Assembly: GCA_951406725.2 (NCBI GenBank)
Contig: OX597822.1
Location: forward strand, 53,630,001-53,694,000
Source of the DNA: Octopus vulgaris
Lineage: Eukaryota
DNA: 64,000 bases
Reading direction: 5' to 3'
Below the pieces are notes generated by a model that was not told the origin of the DNA, made no database searches, and saw nothing but the letters and a program-made list of their open reading frames with translations. Position numbers and translations under genes: made by a program. Positions 1 through 14,237 of the stretch are shown here, one piece after another (within the stretch, counting starts at the first letter, position 1; every line of letters begins with the position of its first letter).

Positions 1-809
1 TCAATGTAACAACATTACTATAATAAACTATCAGGTAGCACAGACTGCAGTCAGGCAATATGACAATATTTCAGTCTAATTTAGCATTATGATTGGGAAT
101 TGTTCTAGTAACGTATGTTTAGCTCTAATTTAAGGTAAATAACTTGATTTACATGCACTCACAAAAGTTTCAAGTTCGGCAGCGTAGCGTTTTATGTAAC
201 GATTTAGCCATTCCTGCTAATAATGCTGGTGTATAATTAAGACAGACATGTTTGTCCTGCCTTCATATTTCCATGCTTCTCCACGCAACATGATGTCATG
301 TCCAAAGTGGGAAAATATGGAAAAACTTGATTTATTCATTTCTATAATCTTCTGAAATTGAGATCAGTCCCTTTTACGGACAACAGATAGCTGAGAAATC
401 AGATTTAATAGACAAATAATTTATGATGCTGAATAACTTGACGGACGGTGTCATAAATATTCCCTAAACTAGAGGCAAATTGTTATTCTATAGAATTTCA
501 AAACATTTGATCTAAATGCTTCATATTTTAATATTCTTTGAACAAATATTAACCCTAAACTACTGGTAAAATAGTTTGCACAAAGATTGCTAATCCTGAA
601 ACGCACTTCCTATAATGTTAGGAATTATTCCCAATACAGATATTATAAGCAATATTTATAGAGATTCAATTAATATCAATAATGATGAGCTAACCATGAG
701 GATTAGAATAACTAGATAAAAACTAAAGATATATTTGAATATTAAAAGTGATGTTCACCAGCTCCTACCATGTGTAACAAAAGAATATGAATACAATGAT
801 TCTGTTACT

Positions 810-1240
810 GATAATGATGAGGAGGGAGAGAAGGAAGATGGTGATGGTGACGATGCTGAGGCGAAGGAGGTGAAAGATGGTGATGATGACAGCAATGATG
901 AGGAGGAGAGAGAGGAGGGGAGGGAGGAGAAGGAAAAGAAGGAGGAGAAGAGAGTAGAGGAGAAGGAGGAGATGGAGGAAGATGGTGTGATGGGGTGGAG
1001 GAGGAGGAGGAGGAGGAGGGGAAGGGGAATGGAGGTGACAGGGAGGAGTGAGGGTGATGATGATAGCAAAGCTGATGATAATGAAACGGTGATAATTACC
1101 GTGATGACGACGACGACGACGACGACGATGACAGTAACGATGATGATAAAGAAGGAGGATGATGACAACGACGAGGTCAGCGACGGAGACGACGACGACG
1201 ATGATGATAAGGTGGTGATGGTGGTGGTGGTGGTGGTGGT
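810..1240. repeat. Low-complexity (GAT/GAG/GAC/GGT)n trinucleotide patchwork
   Basis: Read directly. Similar tracts at 23780-23960 and 56830-57005. Confidence 0.9.
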
Positions 1241-1999
1241 CCTAAATTTTTCTGTTGAATTCTTAAATAAACAAAATCCATGTAAATTGTCACTTCATAT
1301 TGTAAATGTGCACCTTGGCTGTATTATGATGTTAGTATGTAAGTCGTGATGTTAGTAAGCTTCATAAAGGCTTTACAATGCGACTAATCATCGTTAAAGA
1401 AACTCACACCCAATTTCTTCTTCCAGAAATATCGACTGCAATAATGAAGAAAATGGTTGCATTCCACGCCTTAATTAGGCATCTAACGAGATAAATATTT
1501 TTTAGCTTAGTTATTGACAATTATCTTCGATACAAGCCTTCGTAATTGCAGTGAATAAATCGAATCACAGGGTTAAACATTTAACAGAGTGAAAATACTG
1601 GCTTTATGGGTATTACGAGAGACCTGGTTGCAGTCCCAACTTTCCGAATTTTTTTACAAAACTCAGAAAAACAGAAGGGCCGCTGCTATAATTTATTTCT
1701 GAAAGGCTGTCATTACTTTTGAGACAGTACTTCTTGATACACCAAACATTTCGGCTGTTTTCGTTATGCTAGCGCCTGCCATACGAGCACCAACAATTTG
1801 ACCTCTTTGAAAGTCCGATAGATCTGTCATAGTAATGAATTTTATTTACCTTTTCTGATGATATCTGAAAAGAAACAACAACTTTAGCAAAACATATTAA
1901 GCAACACTAATAATAAATCAAAAAGCATAAAAATAAGCAAGCTTTTGACGGTTTTATTATGATGCTATGATGCTAGGTGTTTCCATTAGTTTGTCCAGC

Positions 2000-2073
<74 letters not shown>

Positions 2074-2076
<3 letters not shown>

Positions 2077-3530
2077 TTGCGGCCAATATGTTCAAAACGA
2101 CATTGTTTTCGACAGAAAAGTAGGTACAATTTTTTATCAAAGTTGTTTTATATTCTATAATTTTCACAGACAATAAATACGATATTATTTGTTATTGTCT
2201 GAGATTTTAATGTAATTTGAGAGGATAATACAAAAGTTAGGGATGATTTAGTGATTTACTGCAAAACCCATGCCGGCCAAAATGATCAGAACGGTTGAAA
2301 AAATAGCAAAATAATAAAAAATGACAGAGAATACTGGAATTATTTAATATTTAGTGTGAAGCCCTTTAGCTTCAATCACACTTTGACATCTTCGACTGCA
2401 TGAGGAAATTAAATTTTCAATTTCTTGCTAGGTGATCGTATTCCATTTTTCCTGAAGGGCATTCCATAATTGCTCGGTTGTTTTAGGATTTCTGAATATT
2501 CCATACATTTTCCTAGAATATTCCATACATTTTCAATAGGATTGAGATCTGAGCTTTGAGCAGGCCAATCCATAATAATAACCTTTTCAGCCTTGAGGAA
2601 GTTCATGACCACCTTAGCCTTGTGACATGGGGCATTGTCCTGCATGAATATGGGTGGTCGCTTAGTTGAATTTCTCAGCACAGGCAAGACATGATCTTTT
2701 ACAAGTTGTTTATAAACTCCTGCATTTACCTTTCCATGTAATCGCAGCAAAGGACCCACACCATCTCCAGATATCATCCCCCAAACCATGACACTTCCTC
2801 CACCGAATTTAACACTAGTCATAAGGCATTTAGGCGACAATTTTTCACCTACTTTTCAACGAACGTACATTTTCCCATCTGAGCCAAATAACATAAACTT
2901 AGATACAACACTGAAATGCACCGTTTGCCATTTTTCTTGAGACCACAACACATGTTCGGTTGCAAAGGTAAGACGACACTTTTTATTTTTGGAGCTGATC
3001 AGTGGCTTCACTACAGGTGCTCTTGCTTGGAGATCATGCTCAACTAAATGATGAGACACAGTTTTTCGAGATAAAGTTTTCTTCAGTACAATGCTCATTT
3101 CCCGAGAAACAGCAGCAGCAGTTTTAAATCTGTCCTTTTTAACCAACTTTACCATAGCATGATCTTCTCTCTTGGTCGTTTTTCTTGGCCTACCTGTAGA
3201 CTTTCTTGCTTCACATGAACCACAATCATTGTAGACCTTAAGAATACCGTGAACAACACTTTTTGACTTGTTAACAATCTTTGCAATAGACCCAATACTT
3301 AAATTATCCTTCTTTCGAAGCTTAATAATCTGATGACGAATTGGTAACGGAGTAAGTGGCATTATATTTTGGCCGGCATGGGTTTTGCAGTAAATCACTA
3401 AATCATCCATAACTTTTGCATTATCCTCTCAAATTACACCAAAATCTCAGACAATAACAATTAATATCGTATTTATTGTCTGTACCTACTTTTCTGTCGA
3501 AAACAATGCCGTTATGAACATTCTGGCCGC

Positions 3531-3535
<5 letters not shown>
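2074..3535 (-). mobile_element. Tc1 DNA transposon (IR-DR type, DD34E), decayed copy 1
   Basis: TIRs of about 220 bp starting CAGTTGCGGCC, with an inner direct repeat (GGCCAAAATGATCAGAACGG), inserted in (TA)n. ORFs 2856-3410 and 2409-2840 are in one frame split by TGA. Motifs GRPRK, GGSVMVWG, QDNAPCH and DLNPIEN, with 34 residues between D and E. Confidence 0.95.
2409..3362 (-). pseudogene. Tc1 transposase pseudogene
   Basis: Nonsense TGA where copy 2 has CGA. First catalytic D lost (FSVVSKF versus FSDESKF). C-terminal frameshift. Confidence 0.9.
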
Positions 3536-3566
<31 letters not shown>

Positions 3567-5437
3567 GATGGTCTTCTTTCAGTTTCCATGAACCACATCC
3601 ACTCGCGAAGCTTTGGCTGGCCTGGGGCTAGAGTAGACGATACCTGTCCAAGGTGCCACGTAATGGTACTGAACCCGGAACCATGTGGTTGAGAAGCAAA
3701 CTTCTTACCACACAGCCACTCTATATATATATATATTTGATGGGCTTCCATATAGTTTCCTTTTAGCAGAGTCACTCATAAAGCGTAGCTCGGCTGAGGG
3801 TTATAGCAGGCGACACTTATCCAAGGTGCCATGCAGTAGTAATTATGAAATGAGCTTCTTAATCACTCTGCCATACCTGCCACTATGATGGAATTTTTAT
3901 AGAATTTGTGCAAAAATGTTTATGATGCAAATATTTTTAATGGAGTTCATTAAAACATTGGAAATAAACTCTTGACGTAGAATTCAAACATAAAACGTTT
4001 ATTGTGCAAATATTTACTTTAGAACAGTTAACTAAAATATGAAAGTAATAAGACTTTTGCTGCAAAAGAAATACAGCAAGTTCAAGAAAATAATAACGCG
4101 GTCATTTTTTATTGGTTTGTTGTAAAGTTATAAAAGTGAAATTGGCAGTTTAACGTAAATCGATTGTACCTGCGATCTGCAAGTTTGGATTTGCAATTTT
4201 CTAAACTATCTTAGTAAGACATGGGCAAAGATTTCAAGGTGTAGTTATATCAAATGAAATGTCATGCAGTATATATACTGGCTTTTTGCGTTCAGAGTTC
4301 AAATTCCACCAAAGTCAACTTTACCTTTCAATATTTTTAGGTCGATGAATCAAACACCATTCTAACGTGGTAAGGCTTGGCGCAATTGGTAGTGTACCGG
4401 ACGCGATGTTTGTTCAGCTCTGCGTTCTGAGTTCAAATCTGGCCGAGCTCAATTTTACCTTACGTTCTTCCGAAGCTGATTAAGCACCGGTCTATGGTGT
4501 TAGGTAGGTTTTGGTAGAATCATTAAAATATCGGCCTTATGATATTTGTTCCGGCTCTTTGCTTTCTAGGTTCAAATTCTGCTGTGACTTACTTGGGTGA
4601 TAGATTTACTCTCTCATCCTGTTTAATCTAATCCTTAGAGGACTTTGGCTAAATCTGCTCAGTTACAAGTATTCGAGTCAGGTCACCTATATAAGGCTGT
4701 CTTCTTCCCTTCCTTCTACAAGCTTTAGAGGCCCTATAAAGGGTCGTGCTCTTTTCCCCTAACTAACCCTTAAAAGAAACATGAAGAAATGCAAGTTCAC
4801 CATCGATTGCCCAGAAATTTTGGTTCCAAAGCTTTTACAGGTTAGTGATTTTTCCAAAACAGGGGTGGATACTTTGATCAACATACTCTAAAGTAAGTAA
4901 ATATCGGTTTCAAATTTTAACACATGGCCAGCAATTTCATAGAGGATCAAGTCGATGTAATCGACTTAACTAGTACTTATTTTATCGATTCCGAAAAGAC
5001 GAAAGACAAAGTTAACCTCAACAGAATTTGAACTCAGAACGTAAAGACGTGCGAAATTCTGCTGGTTATTTTGCCCGGTGTACTAACGATTCTGCCAGCT
5101 CGACACCTTAAAGTAAAACGAATATTAAATTAACTTAAGTAATCGACTGAAATACACGTGTCTGTACATTAGTATAGTTGGTACAAGTTTATTAATACTG
5201 TACAGTGCAAATTACCAGTGTGCAAAAGAAAGATACCAATAAAGAAGTCTTAACGCCACGGCAGTCTGAATTCCTACCCGTAAATCAGTGCGGATTATAA
5301 GTGGGGTGTTGTACATATAGTAACATATGAGTAAATAATTATAGAAAATAGCTGGTCAAAATATAACGAAATGGAAAATTTAATACTACTTAAATTATTC
5401 GAAAATTTAGTTTATAAGGTTAAAATATAGTTCAAGT

Positions 5438-5696
5438 GTGGAGGCGCGTGGCTTAGTGGTAAGTGTGTCAGCATCATGATCGTAAGATTGTGGTTTCGAT
5501 TTCTAGACCGGGTGACGCGTTGTGTTCTTGAGCAAAACACTTCATTTCACGTTGCTCCAGTCCACTCAGCTGGCAAAAATGAGTAACGCTGCGATGGTCC
5601 GGCGTCCCGTCGAGCTGGGAAACACATACGCTATAGAAACCGGGAAACCGGGCCCATGAGCCTGGCTAGGCTTTAAAAGGGCGCATTTATTTTATT
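5438..5696 (+). mobile_element. tRNA-derived SINE with CORE-like centre
   Basis: A box TGGCTTAGTGG, B box GTTTCGATTTC, then TTGTGTTCTTGAGCAAAACACTT. Flanked by a 12-bp TSD tata(g/a)ttcaagt. Confidence 0.85.
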
Positions 5697-6706
5697 TATA
5701 ATTCAAGTAAAAATTTTGGGAACTTATTTGAAATTTGAGAAAAAAGTAAGTCATATTCATTGCGTTTATGTTATCATTACTTGATACTGGTTTAAAATTT
5801 TGGTACACGGCCAGAAATTTGGTGAGAGGGGATTAGCCGATTACATCGATCCCTGTTCAACTGGTACTTATTTTATCGACCCGAAAGGATGAAATTCAAA
5901 GTTGACCTCGGTGGAATTTGAACTCAGAACGTACGAAAAGCCGCTAAGCTTTTTTTCCCCAACGAGTTAACGAGCCAACGAGCTCACTGCTTTGAATCAT
6001 TATTTGATATTGATCACAGTTGCAAAACTATGTTCTCACATTAAACCACTGTCATGTAAAAGGTTAATATTCTAGTAGTAATACTAATTATTAATTACTT
6101 GATAACGCTAAAAATCTCTAGCTGCCATATATGGAATTAATATATTACATCTGTAATTAATTGATTATAAAGCAGTATCGGAGTTATTGATAGAATACAT
6201 TTAATGCAAATATACAAATGAGAATTTTGATTTAATTCAATAAATAATTTTATTTTATAAATCAGAATTAATGTCATTATTCTGTATAAGCATCATGAAA
6301 TTTGAAAGCAAAATTAAAATTATAATTATTGTACCCAGGTAAGATTATGTGTTGTTATTTCCAAAATGCTAAAAATATATTTGTAATATTTCCCAGCATA
6401 TAATGAGCAACATTCTTGTAAAATGTTATTGTACTTGTTTCATTATTTTCTGTTCGTGTCCGTCTTTCCTGACAGTTGACTTATTCACCTAGCTTTTTAT
6501 GTTGCTGACACCAACAGATTTAACAGTATTAGCATAAGTGTCGAAAGCGTGGTGATATTTGGTCGACAACTAATGAGGGACCGAGAATGTCCACACACAT
6601 AGTATTTATATTTTATATTTTTTTTATTAATTTTTTTCTATGTATTGGCTTATGATTTTCACTGTTTGATTTGCCTAATAGTGTTTTTATCTCTAATTTA
6701 ATATAA

Positions 6707-6760
<54 letters not shown>

Positions 6761-7022
6761 ATAGAAATGGTAAGAAAACAAAAGAATGAAAGAAATTTCG
6801 ATATTATGTAAATAGAGGAATTTATCTGTAATTAGATGTTTATAAGTTTACTAGTTGAAACCTCAACTTATTGAAGTGGAAAATTATCAGAAAAGCCATT
6901 TCCACCCCGACATCCGAAACTCAGAGTTTTATCATGGCTACCGAATAATTGTCACAATTACATTTACAGATAAATTCCTCTATTTACATAGGTCATTTTC
7001 ATAGCATTTTTTCCGGTGATCG

Positions 7023-7083
7023 GATAACTGAAGAGATGGCGGCGTGGATTTCCACCCCGACATCCGAAACTCGGAGTTTTATC
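7023..7083 (+). ncRNA. Type I hammerhead ribozyme motif, intact core
   Basis: GATAA-CTGAAGA-stem II (GATG..GTGGA/TCCAC..CATC)-GAAA-CTCGGAG-TT-TTATC. Stem I is GATAA/TTATC. Confidence 0.8.
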
Positions 7084-7115
7084 ATGGCTACCGAATAATT
7101 GTCACATACTATATT

Positions 7116-7149
<34 letters not shown>

Positions 7150-8399
7150 CCTTTCTTATTTTGGCACGAGGAAGTCGATTACGTCACCCCCACCCAGTGC
7201 TCAGCTTATACTGTTAAAAGGTTATGGCACATTGAATAATGTAGTCTTGTATAAGCTATTTCTGAATGAAAAGAATCATCGGCTGACCTGGGGCTAAACA
7301 ACAAGTTAGTACCGAATCTGTTTTTAACATGATCAACTCTAGCTACTCCGTGTGGCACTTGATTACAGTTAAAAGTCTGTTCAATCTGACATTATTGTAG
7401 CTGTTGTTACGACTGCTGCAGTTGTTGTTGGTGTTAGTGGTGGTGGTTTTGTTTGTTGTTGTTGTTTAGACCCCCAGTCAGCCCTGCTTCAGCGATATGT
7501 ATTTATGATTTGTATTAAAGTGCAGTGTGATAGTGTAGATATATTCTACTCTTCTCACTCTCTAGTTTATTCCTATGAACCCACAAACTCTAGTGACATC
7601 CACGAAAGCATTAGGGGTATCATGATGAATTCTGTAAAACCACAGCCGTTGCTATTCTTCTGCACTTACTGTTGGTGGAATGCAGCAGAGTAGCAATTTG
7701 TCTACGTACAATGATCCTTTTGAAGTTGCGGTTATTTTGTGTATTTTTCGAAGAATGCTTTTAGGATGTTGTTTTAACATTGATCAGTGATATTGTATAA
7801 GTGTCTAGGTATTCAAAACTGATTTTTTGTCAAACTGTCATGGATTGTAGAGTTTAAAACTTGCAGAGGCAAAAGGAAATATGCTTCCCTTGCATGTCAA
7901 GGTTCGCTTTCATTTTTAGTATTTTAATTCAAAAATATATGTTCTGTATACAACCTATTAAATTGATGAGGAGTGGTAAGTGGTCCAAAGAAAGTTAATG
8001 AACTGTTTGACGAGTGATTGTTAAATGTGAGTAGGTATGAAGTTTACTAAGTTTACTTAGAGAACTCAGTTAGAGAAGAGAGTAAAGATATTATTCATAA
8101 GAACTACACCAAAATCTTATGAAATTTAGCTACCCAGGGTTTCCTGACCGGAATATTAAATGGAGGATTTGTCGATTACTTCGACTCCATTACTCACCTG
8201 GCACTTATTTTATTGGCCCCGAAAGGATGGAAGGCAAATCAACCTCAAGAGAATTTCAAATCAGCACTTAACCTGGTGGAAGAAATGCTGCTAAGCATTT
8301 TGTTCGACAAGCTTACGATCCTGCCAAATCGCTTCGTTTTTGAGGCCTATAATAACGGGTCTTAAATTTTGGAGCAGAAGTGAAGTTGTAGTTGACTTG

Positions 8400-8766
8400 G
8401 TGAGGAGTGTATGTATGTATGTATGAGTGCGTGGCCGTGTGCGTGTTAGTGTGGATTCTTTAGGATGTAAAGGGAGTCTAGGTTTGATGATATTTTATCT
8501 ATTTTGTTATCTGTACTACTTAACTATCAGGAGATGTTGAGTATTTGATGACATCTCCAAAGATGTTGATCATGACAGTGTTAAAGCTGGTAGTTGATGG
8601 AACAGTTCATGATAGCATTGATGATATATATGCACACATGTAATATACATATACACGTTTATACATATATATATACATGTATGTAGATATATATTCACAT
8701 ATAAATAGATATATATATACATATATATATAGAAATATATATATACATATATATAGATATATATAT

Positions 8767-8818
<52 letters not shown>

Positions 8819-9128
8819 TTGTTGTGACTTTTTTTTATATTTTAAAAGCCTGCATTCCTACTGTAGTGTCATTTCTTATTAGTTCAAGAATGATATTTGT
8901 GATATCCACAAATTGAATGCAAATTCGTACGTATGTCATAAGATCACCCCCATTGTGAAAGGGTCTGTCTAGTCTGATTATGGTAAATTTAGAATAGTGG
9001 TTTTGTGCTCTGCTAGTAAGAATGTTTCCTCGGTAATTGCTACAAGAATGTCGTGTGTGGTAATAAAATCTTTTACTTCAATAAATGTGTTTTAATGCCA
9101 TTAATGTTCTATTGCAAAAATTTTTAGA
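8400..9128 (-). mobile_element. Highly decayed LINE ORF2, APE endonuclease region
   Basis: Minus-strand fragments NINGIK, EVKDFI, EETFL, TIIRLDRP, TYVR and FGDV. Interrupted by a (TA)n expansion. Confidence 0.55.
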
Positions 9129-9293
9129 TCATATATTTTTTATTTCGTATTTGCCTGTCTTATTTTTGCGCTTCAAGCATATACTTTTAAATACATACAT
9201 GTATATATAAGTGTATGTATGTATGTATTTGTATTTATCTGCATATATATATGATTTATACATATGTGTATATGTATGTGTGTGTGCGTGCGC

Positions 9294-9405
<112 letters not shown>

Positions 9406-9432
9406 TAGCATGCAGAATATTGAATTAAAGAA

Positions 9433-9860
9433 GGCGGCAAATTGCCAGAAACGTTAGCACGCCGGGCGAAATGCTTTGCGGCATTTCGTCTGACTTTACT
9501 TTCTAAGTTTAAATTCCGCCGAGGTCGACTTTTCCTTTCTTCCTTTCGGGGTGGATAAATTAAGTACCAGTTACGCACTGGGGTTGATGTAATCGACTTA
9601 ATCCCTTTGTCTGTCCTTGTTTGTCCCCTCTATGTTTAGCCCCTTGTAGGCAGTAAAGAAATATGAAACGTTAGCACGCCGGGGGACATGCTTAGCGGTA
9701 TTTCGTCTGCCGTTACGTTCTGAGTTCAAATTCCACCGAGCTCGACTTTGCCTTTTATCCTTTCGGGGTCGATAGATTAAGTACCAGTTGTGTACTTAGG
9801 TCGATCTAATAGACTGCCCCGCCTCCCCAGAAATTTCGGGCCTTGTACCTAGAGTAGAAA
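9433..9860 (+). mobile_element. Dimeric SINE of the most abundant family (Meta-domain-like centre)
   Basis: Two units with a GACTTT.CCTTT.ATCCTTTCGGGGT.GATA.ATTAAGTACCAG core. One 19-bp TSD agaatattga(a/g)ttaaagaa. Confidence 0.85.
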
Positions 9861-10571
9861 AGAATATTGAGTTAAAGAAAAAAAACTTGTATGAAAGATG
9901 AAGGTTCGTCTACAGGGGTGAGCAGCCTTCCAATTTTGCCGTCCAAAGGGTTTTTAATTCGATATTCTACTTTTAGTTCCACCTTTAAAAATGATATTCG
10001 TCATAACTCCCGTAGTTTTAAATTCTTGCAAAAATAGGTATGTATACACATACATATATATACGTGGGGGTATGTGTGTGTGTGCATGTGTGTGTGCGAG
10101 CGCATATATGTATGTGTGTGTCTATCTGTCTATGTATGCTTGTACGCCTTAAAACTGCATCCCTGGTACAGGAGCTCTAGCATTTTGAGGAAAATGTGAC
10201 CACTTCTTGACCACTATTGTACTTTTTAGGGTCTTAGCTATGTGTTAACTAGTATGGGAACCACTGGGGTGGAAGGATCCTTACTTCTCATAAGAATTTT
10301 CTTCTAGAAGAATGTAAACTCGTATATAGAAAAAAGCTGAATTATTCTTGGTTTCTGCTCGTCTCAACCTCTCTTGTGCCACTGGTCCTATAGCTGATTG
10401 CACTGAAAAGTAGGTTCAGTGCTGTGCAACACTTTGTCCGCTCAAAACAATTTCACGCATGGAATTTCTTGGATTCTTAGATCATTTGTATGGACTTACT
10501 AAGTGGTCTTACTCGGTCACGAGTTGATTTCCATTAAATGTTTATAAATTCCATCCCAGGATTATTGTTAT

Positions 10572-10612
<41 letters not shown>

Positions 10613-10756
10613 TACATTTAAACACAAAAGAAAACTACCTTTAATAGGTAATTTTTAACACGCTAGAAGAAGCAGTCAAAAACGACCAAAACCACATTTT
10701 AAGAGCAATTTTCGAAGGGAATGAAAAATAAAAACTTTTACCTTGTTGTTTTTTAC

Positions 10757-10825
10757 GGTCATACCTAGGTTTCAGATTATTTTAGCAAATAAAATAATTT
10801 GCTAGGCGAATCCTCATCAGTAACC
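10757..10825 (-). ncRNA. Type I hammerhead ribozyme motif, intact core
   Basis: Minus strand GGTTA-CTGATGA-GGATT..TAGCAAAT/ATTTGCTA..AATCT-GAAA-CCTAGG-TA-TGACC. Stem III is the palindrome ACCTAGGT. Confidence 0.8.
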
Positions 10826-10859
10826 ATACCTAACAATTAACATATAATTTAGATATATA

Positions 10860-11110
10860 TCTCTATATATATAAAACTGAGAATGTGTGTGTGTGTGTGT
10901 CTGTCTGTCTGACTGTCTGTGTGTTTCCCTAAAACTTGAGAACTACACAACCAATTTCATTCAAATTTTACACATGCCTTACTTAGGGTCCATGTAAGTG
11001 TCATGGGCAAAAAAAATGTTTAACTTCTTGCCTAGAGCGAGCCCACAGCAATATCATATCTTCTCCACTATTTCAGTATTACGTGTTAAAAGTGAAACAA
11101 AAACATATCT
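10860..11110 (+). mobile_element. 5' part of a non-autonomous Helitron-like element
   Basis: Starts TCTCTATATATATAAAA, then (GT)n/(GTCT)n and AACCAATTTCATTCAAATTTT. No 3' hairpin or CTAG seen. Confidence 0.55.
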
Positions 11111-11126
11111 CTATTGTATGTATACG

Positions 11127-11284
<158 letters not shown>

Positions 11285-11515
11285 GCTCTGTTGATTCACT
11301 GAGAGGTAATAAATAAGAGAATCCAATTAGTGCAGAGAATCCTGTAGTACGTTATAACTGAAAAACTCATAATTTCAGAACTCCGTGTTACACGTTTCTG
11401 GTTAGCCTGTTTTCCTTTCGAATATCTATTGTTTGAATATATTTTGAAATATTAAATGAAAAGTATGAATAAAACACTATTCCTTATGTTACTCTTTTTA
11501 AAATCTTCTTATTAA

Positions 11516-11880
11516 GGAAGCACTCCGTCGGTTACGACGACGAGTGTTCCGGTTGATCCGAATCAACGGAACAGCCTGCTCGTGAAATTAACGTGTAAGT
11601 GGCTGAGAACTCCACAGACACGTGTGCCCTTAACGTAGTTCTCGGAGAGATTCAGCGTGACACAGAGAGTGACAAGGCCGGCCCCTTGAAATACAGGTAC
11701 AACAGAAACAGGAAGTAAGAGTGAGAGAAAGTTGTGGTGAAAGAGTACAGCAGGGATCACCACCATCCCCTGTCGGAGCCTCGTGGAGCTTAGGTGTTTT
11801 CGCTCAATAAACACTCACAACGCCCGGTCTGGGAATCGAAACCGCGATCCTATGACCGCGAGTCCGCTGCCCTAACCACT
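11516..11880 (-). mobile_element. tRNA(Arg)-like SINE (octopus OR-type), slightly 5'-truncated
   Basis: Near-identical reverse complement of 37274-37664. Confidence 0.85.
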
Positions 11881-13621
11881 TATTGATACGTGCAAGAACG
11901 GCTGTTTCAAGCTTACATTTTTCATTTCATTCCTAGATCTATTAGGGTAGCACAGACGACTTCAACTTCATAGAAGCGAATTCACTTTAATAACTTTACT
12001 CATGAAATTGCGTTGTTAAGTAATATTTTAAAGTAATATTCTTAAAACAATGTTTGTGAGTGAATTTTGTGCATGTGTATGCGTTTTACGCGCCTGCTTA
12101 TGTACATATATCCATATGCACATATACACACACACACGCACACACACATACACACACACACACATGCATATTTATATATGCAAATATACACATTCATATA
12201 TACATGTACATACATACATACACACATGTACATACGTGCATATATATATATATGGAGACATACATATACATGCATATACGTCCACAAACATGTGCGTATA
12301 TTCATATTATATAAATTAATTTACTATTTCTCTTCGAACGAGGACGAAATTTATGAAGGTTGGTAACTATACAAGATATTCTTAGCTCCGTGCATACAAA
12401 TCACTAACAATTCCGTTCTTTTGTTCAAACTGTTACTTCCTTGAATTAAAATCCTTAGTTTTACGCTCAAAAAAGTCACACTGCATTTTTCTTTTATTTC
12501 AAGCCATTGTTCTTGTATTCTTGTATCTTATCTAAAACCGACCATGTAATTTTAGATTTGCGATGGCTTGTCTCACGCGAGAAACATATAAATTTCGATA
12601 AAAACTTTTCTTCACACACACACATACATACACCAGGAAAAGGTTTTTCTTGTAAAGATTAATGAACATAGTTGTCTACAAAAATTTCAGCGATACTTCA
12701 ATTTAATGTCCAACAATTTTTATATATAGATTTATATGAAGACAAACATTTAATATTGTGTATATGTAGTGCGTACATCCATTTTTATTTTTGTATATTT
12801 TTACTTCTTTGGCACATCAACACTCACACAAAAGCATTTAGATTCACTAACAGATAGATAGGTAGATATGCATGTATTTCCGTGTACGTATTATATATAC
12901 ACAAGTGTGGTATGAAGTTCAGCAAGTAGTAGAGAACTCAGTCAGTGAAGAAAGTAAAGATATCATTCATAAGAACTACACAAAAATCTTGAAATTTAGC
13001 TACCCAGGGTTTCCTGACCGGAAAATTAAACGGTGATTTGTCGATTACATCGACTCCAGTACTCACTTGACACTTATTTTATCGACCCCGAAAGAATGAA
13101 AGGCAAATCAACCTTAAGGGGATTTGAACTCAGAACTTAAATGGGTAGAAGAAATGCCAAATCGCTTCGTTATTGAGCCTCGTAATAACGGGTTTCAAAT
13201 TTTGGCGTAAAGCCAAATAAATCATCTACTGAAATGCAGGTACTTATACATTATTAGAACTGGTACAAGTTTATAAATACTCTACAATCCAAAGATGCCA
13301 GTAAACAAGTTGACCTCGGCGGAATTTGAACTCAGAACGTGAAGACGGACGAAATGCCGCTAAACATTTTGCCCCGCCTGCTAACGATTCTGCCAGATAG
13401 CTTCGGCTTTTGAACCCCCGTAATAATAACAAAGAATAATCGGCTCCCGTTTCGCTTGCAATTAGACACATATGGTTTACCATCTGCGCTGGAAAGACTT
13501 TTAAACATATAATTTGATCAGTTTCTCTGTTTGACTCTATACTCTTAAGGTTTATTTGTTTGCTTAAATCCTGTTTAAAAGTAAGAATGTAAGAACAGTT
13601 ATTTAGAAAATGGAACTGCAT

Positions 13622-13668
<47 letters not shown>

Positions 13669-14076
13669 TCTGCTCAATACCACAAATTTGCTTGTCAGTT
13701 GTTTGACCTTAATCAGTTGAGCATGTCCCTTAGTGACTGACGATATGTTCATCTCTGATCACAAGCAGAAGTAGTGGGGGAGCATCATAGCCGTGTGTTG
13801 AAAGGAATTCTTGGGGGTTTGGATAATTCACCTTTGGAACATGGGTGGTTCGTTCAACATCCTTAAACAATACTTATTCTGGGCCCCACCTGCAAGGTCA
13901 TGCGCTGTTTATCTTGATATGAGATCACCATGTCGCGCACATATGGTTGTGATGCATGTGCCTGATGTGCCCTTATCAGACAGGTAGTCATGATGGTTAT
14001 ACTGGGCTTCGTATATTTTACCCCAGTGTCACTTTGATGGCATGCACTGCTCTCTCACTCAACAACAACAACAACA

Positions 14077-14120
<44 letters not shown>

Positions 14121-14206
14121 GTGTCTTCTGCTATAGCCCCGGGCCGACCAATGCCTTGTGAGTGGATTTGGTAGACGGAAACTGAAAGAAGCCTGTCGTA
14201 TACATG

Positions 14207-14237
<31 letters not shown>

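Noticed and set aside
735-1349. 204-aa acidic ORF and its antisense ORF
   Set aside because: Trinucleotide low-complexity tract with a TTG start, no domain and no splice context.
11890-11980. Further very degenerate HHR-like traces (also near 29685, 30640 and 52750)
   Set aside because: Core or stems too damaged to support by eye.
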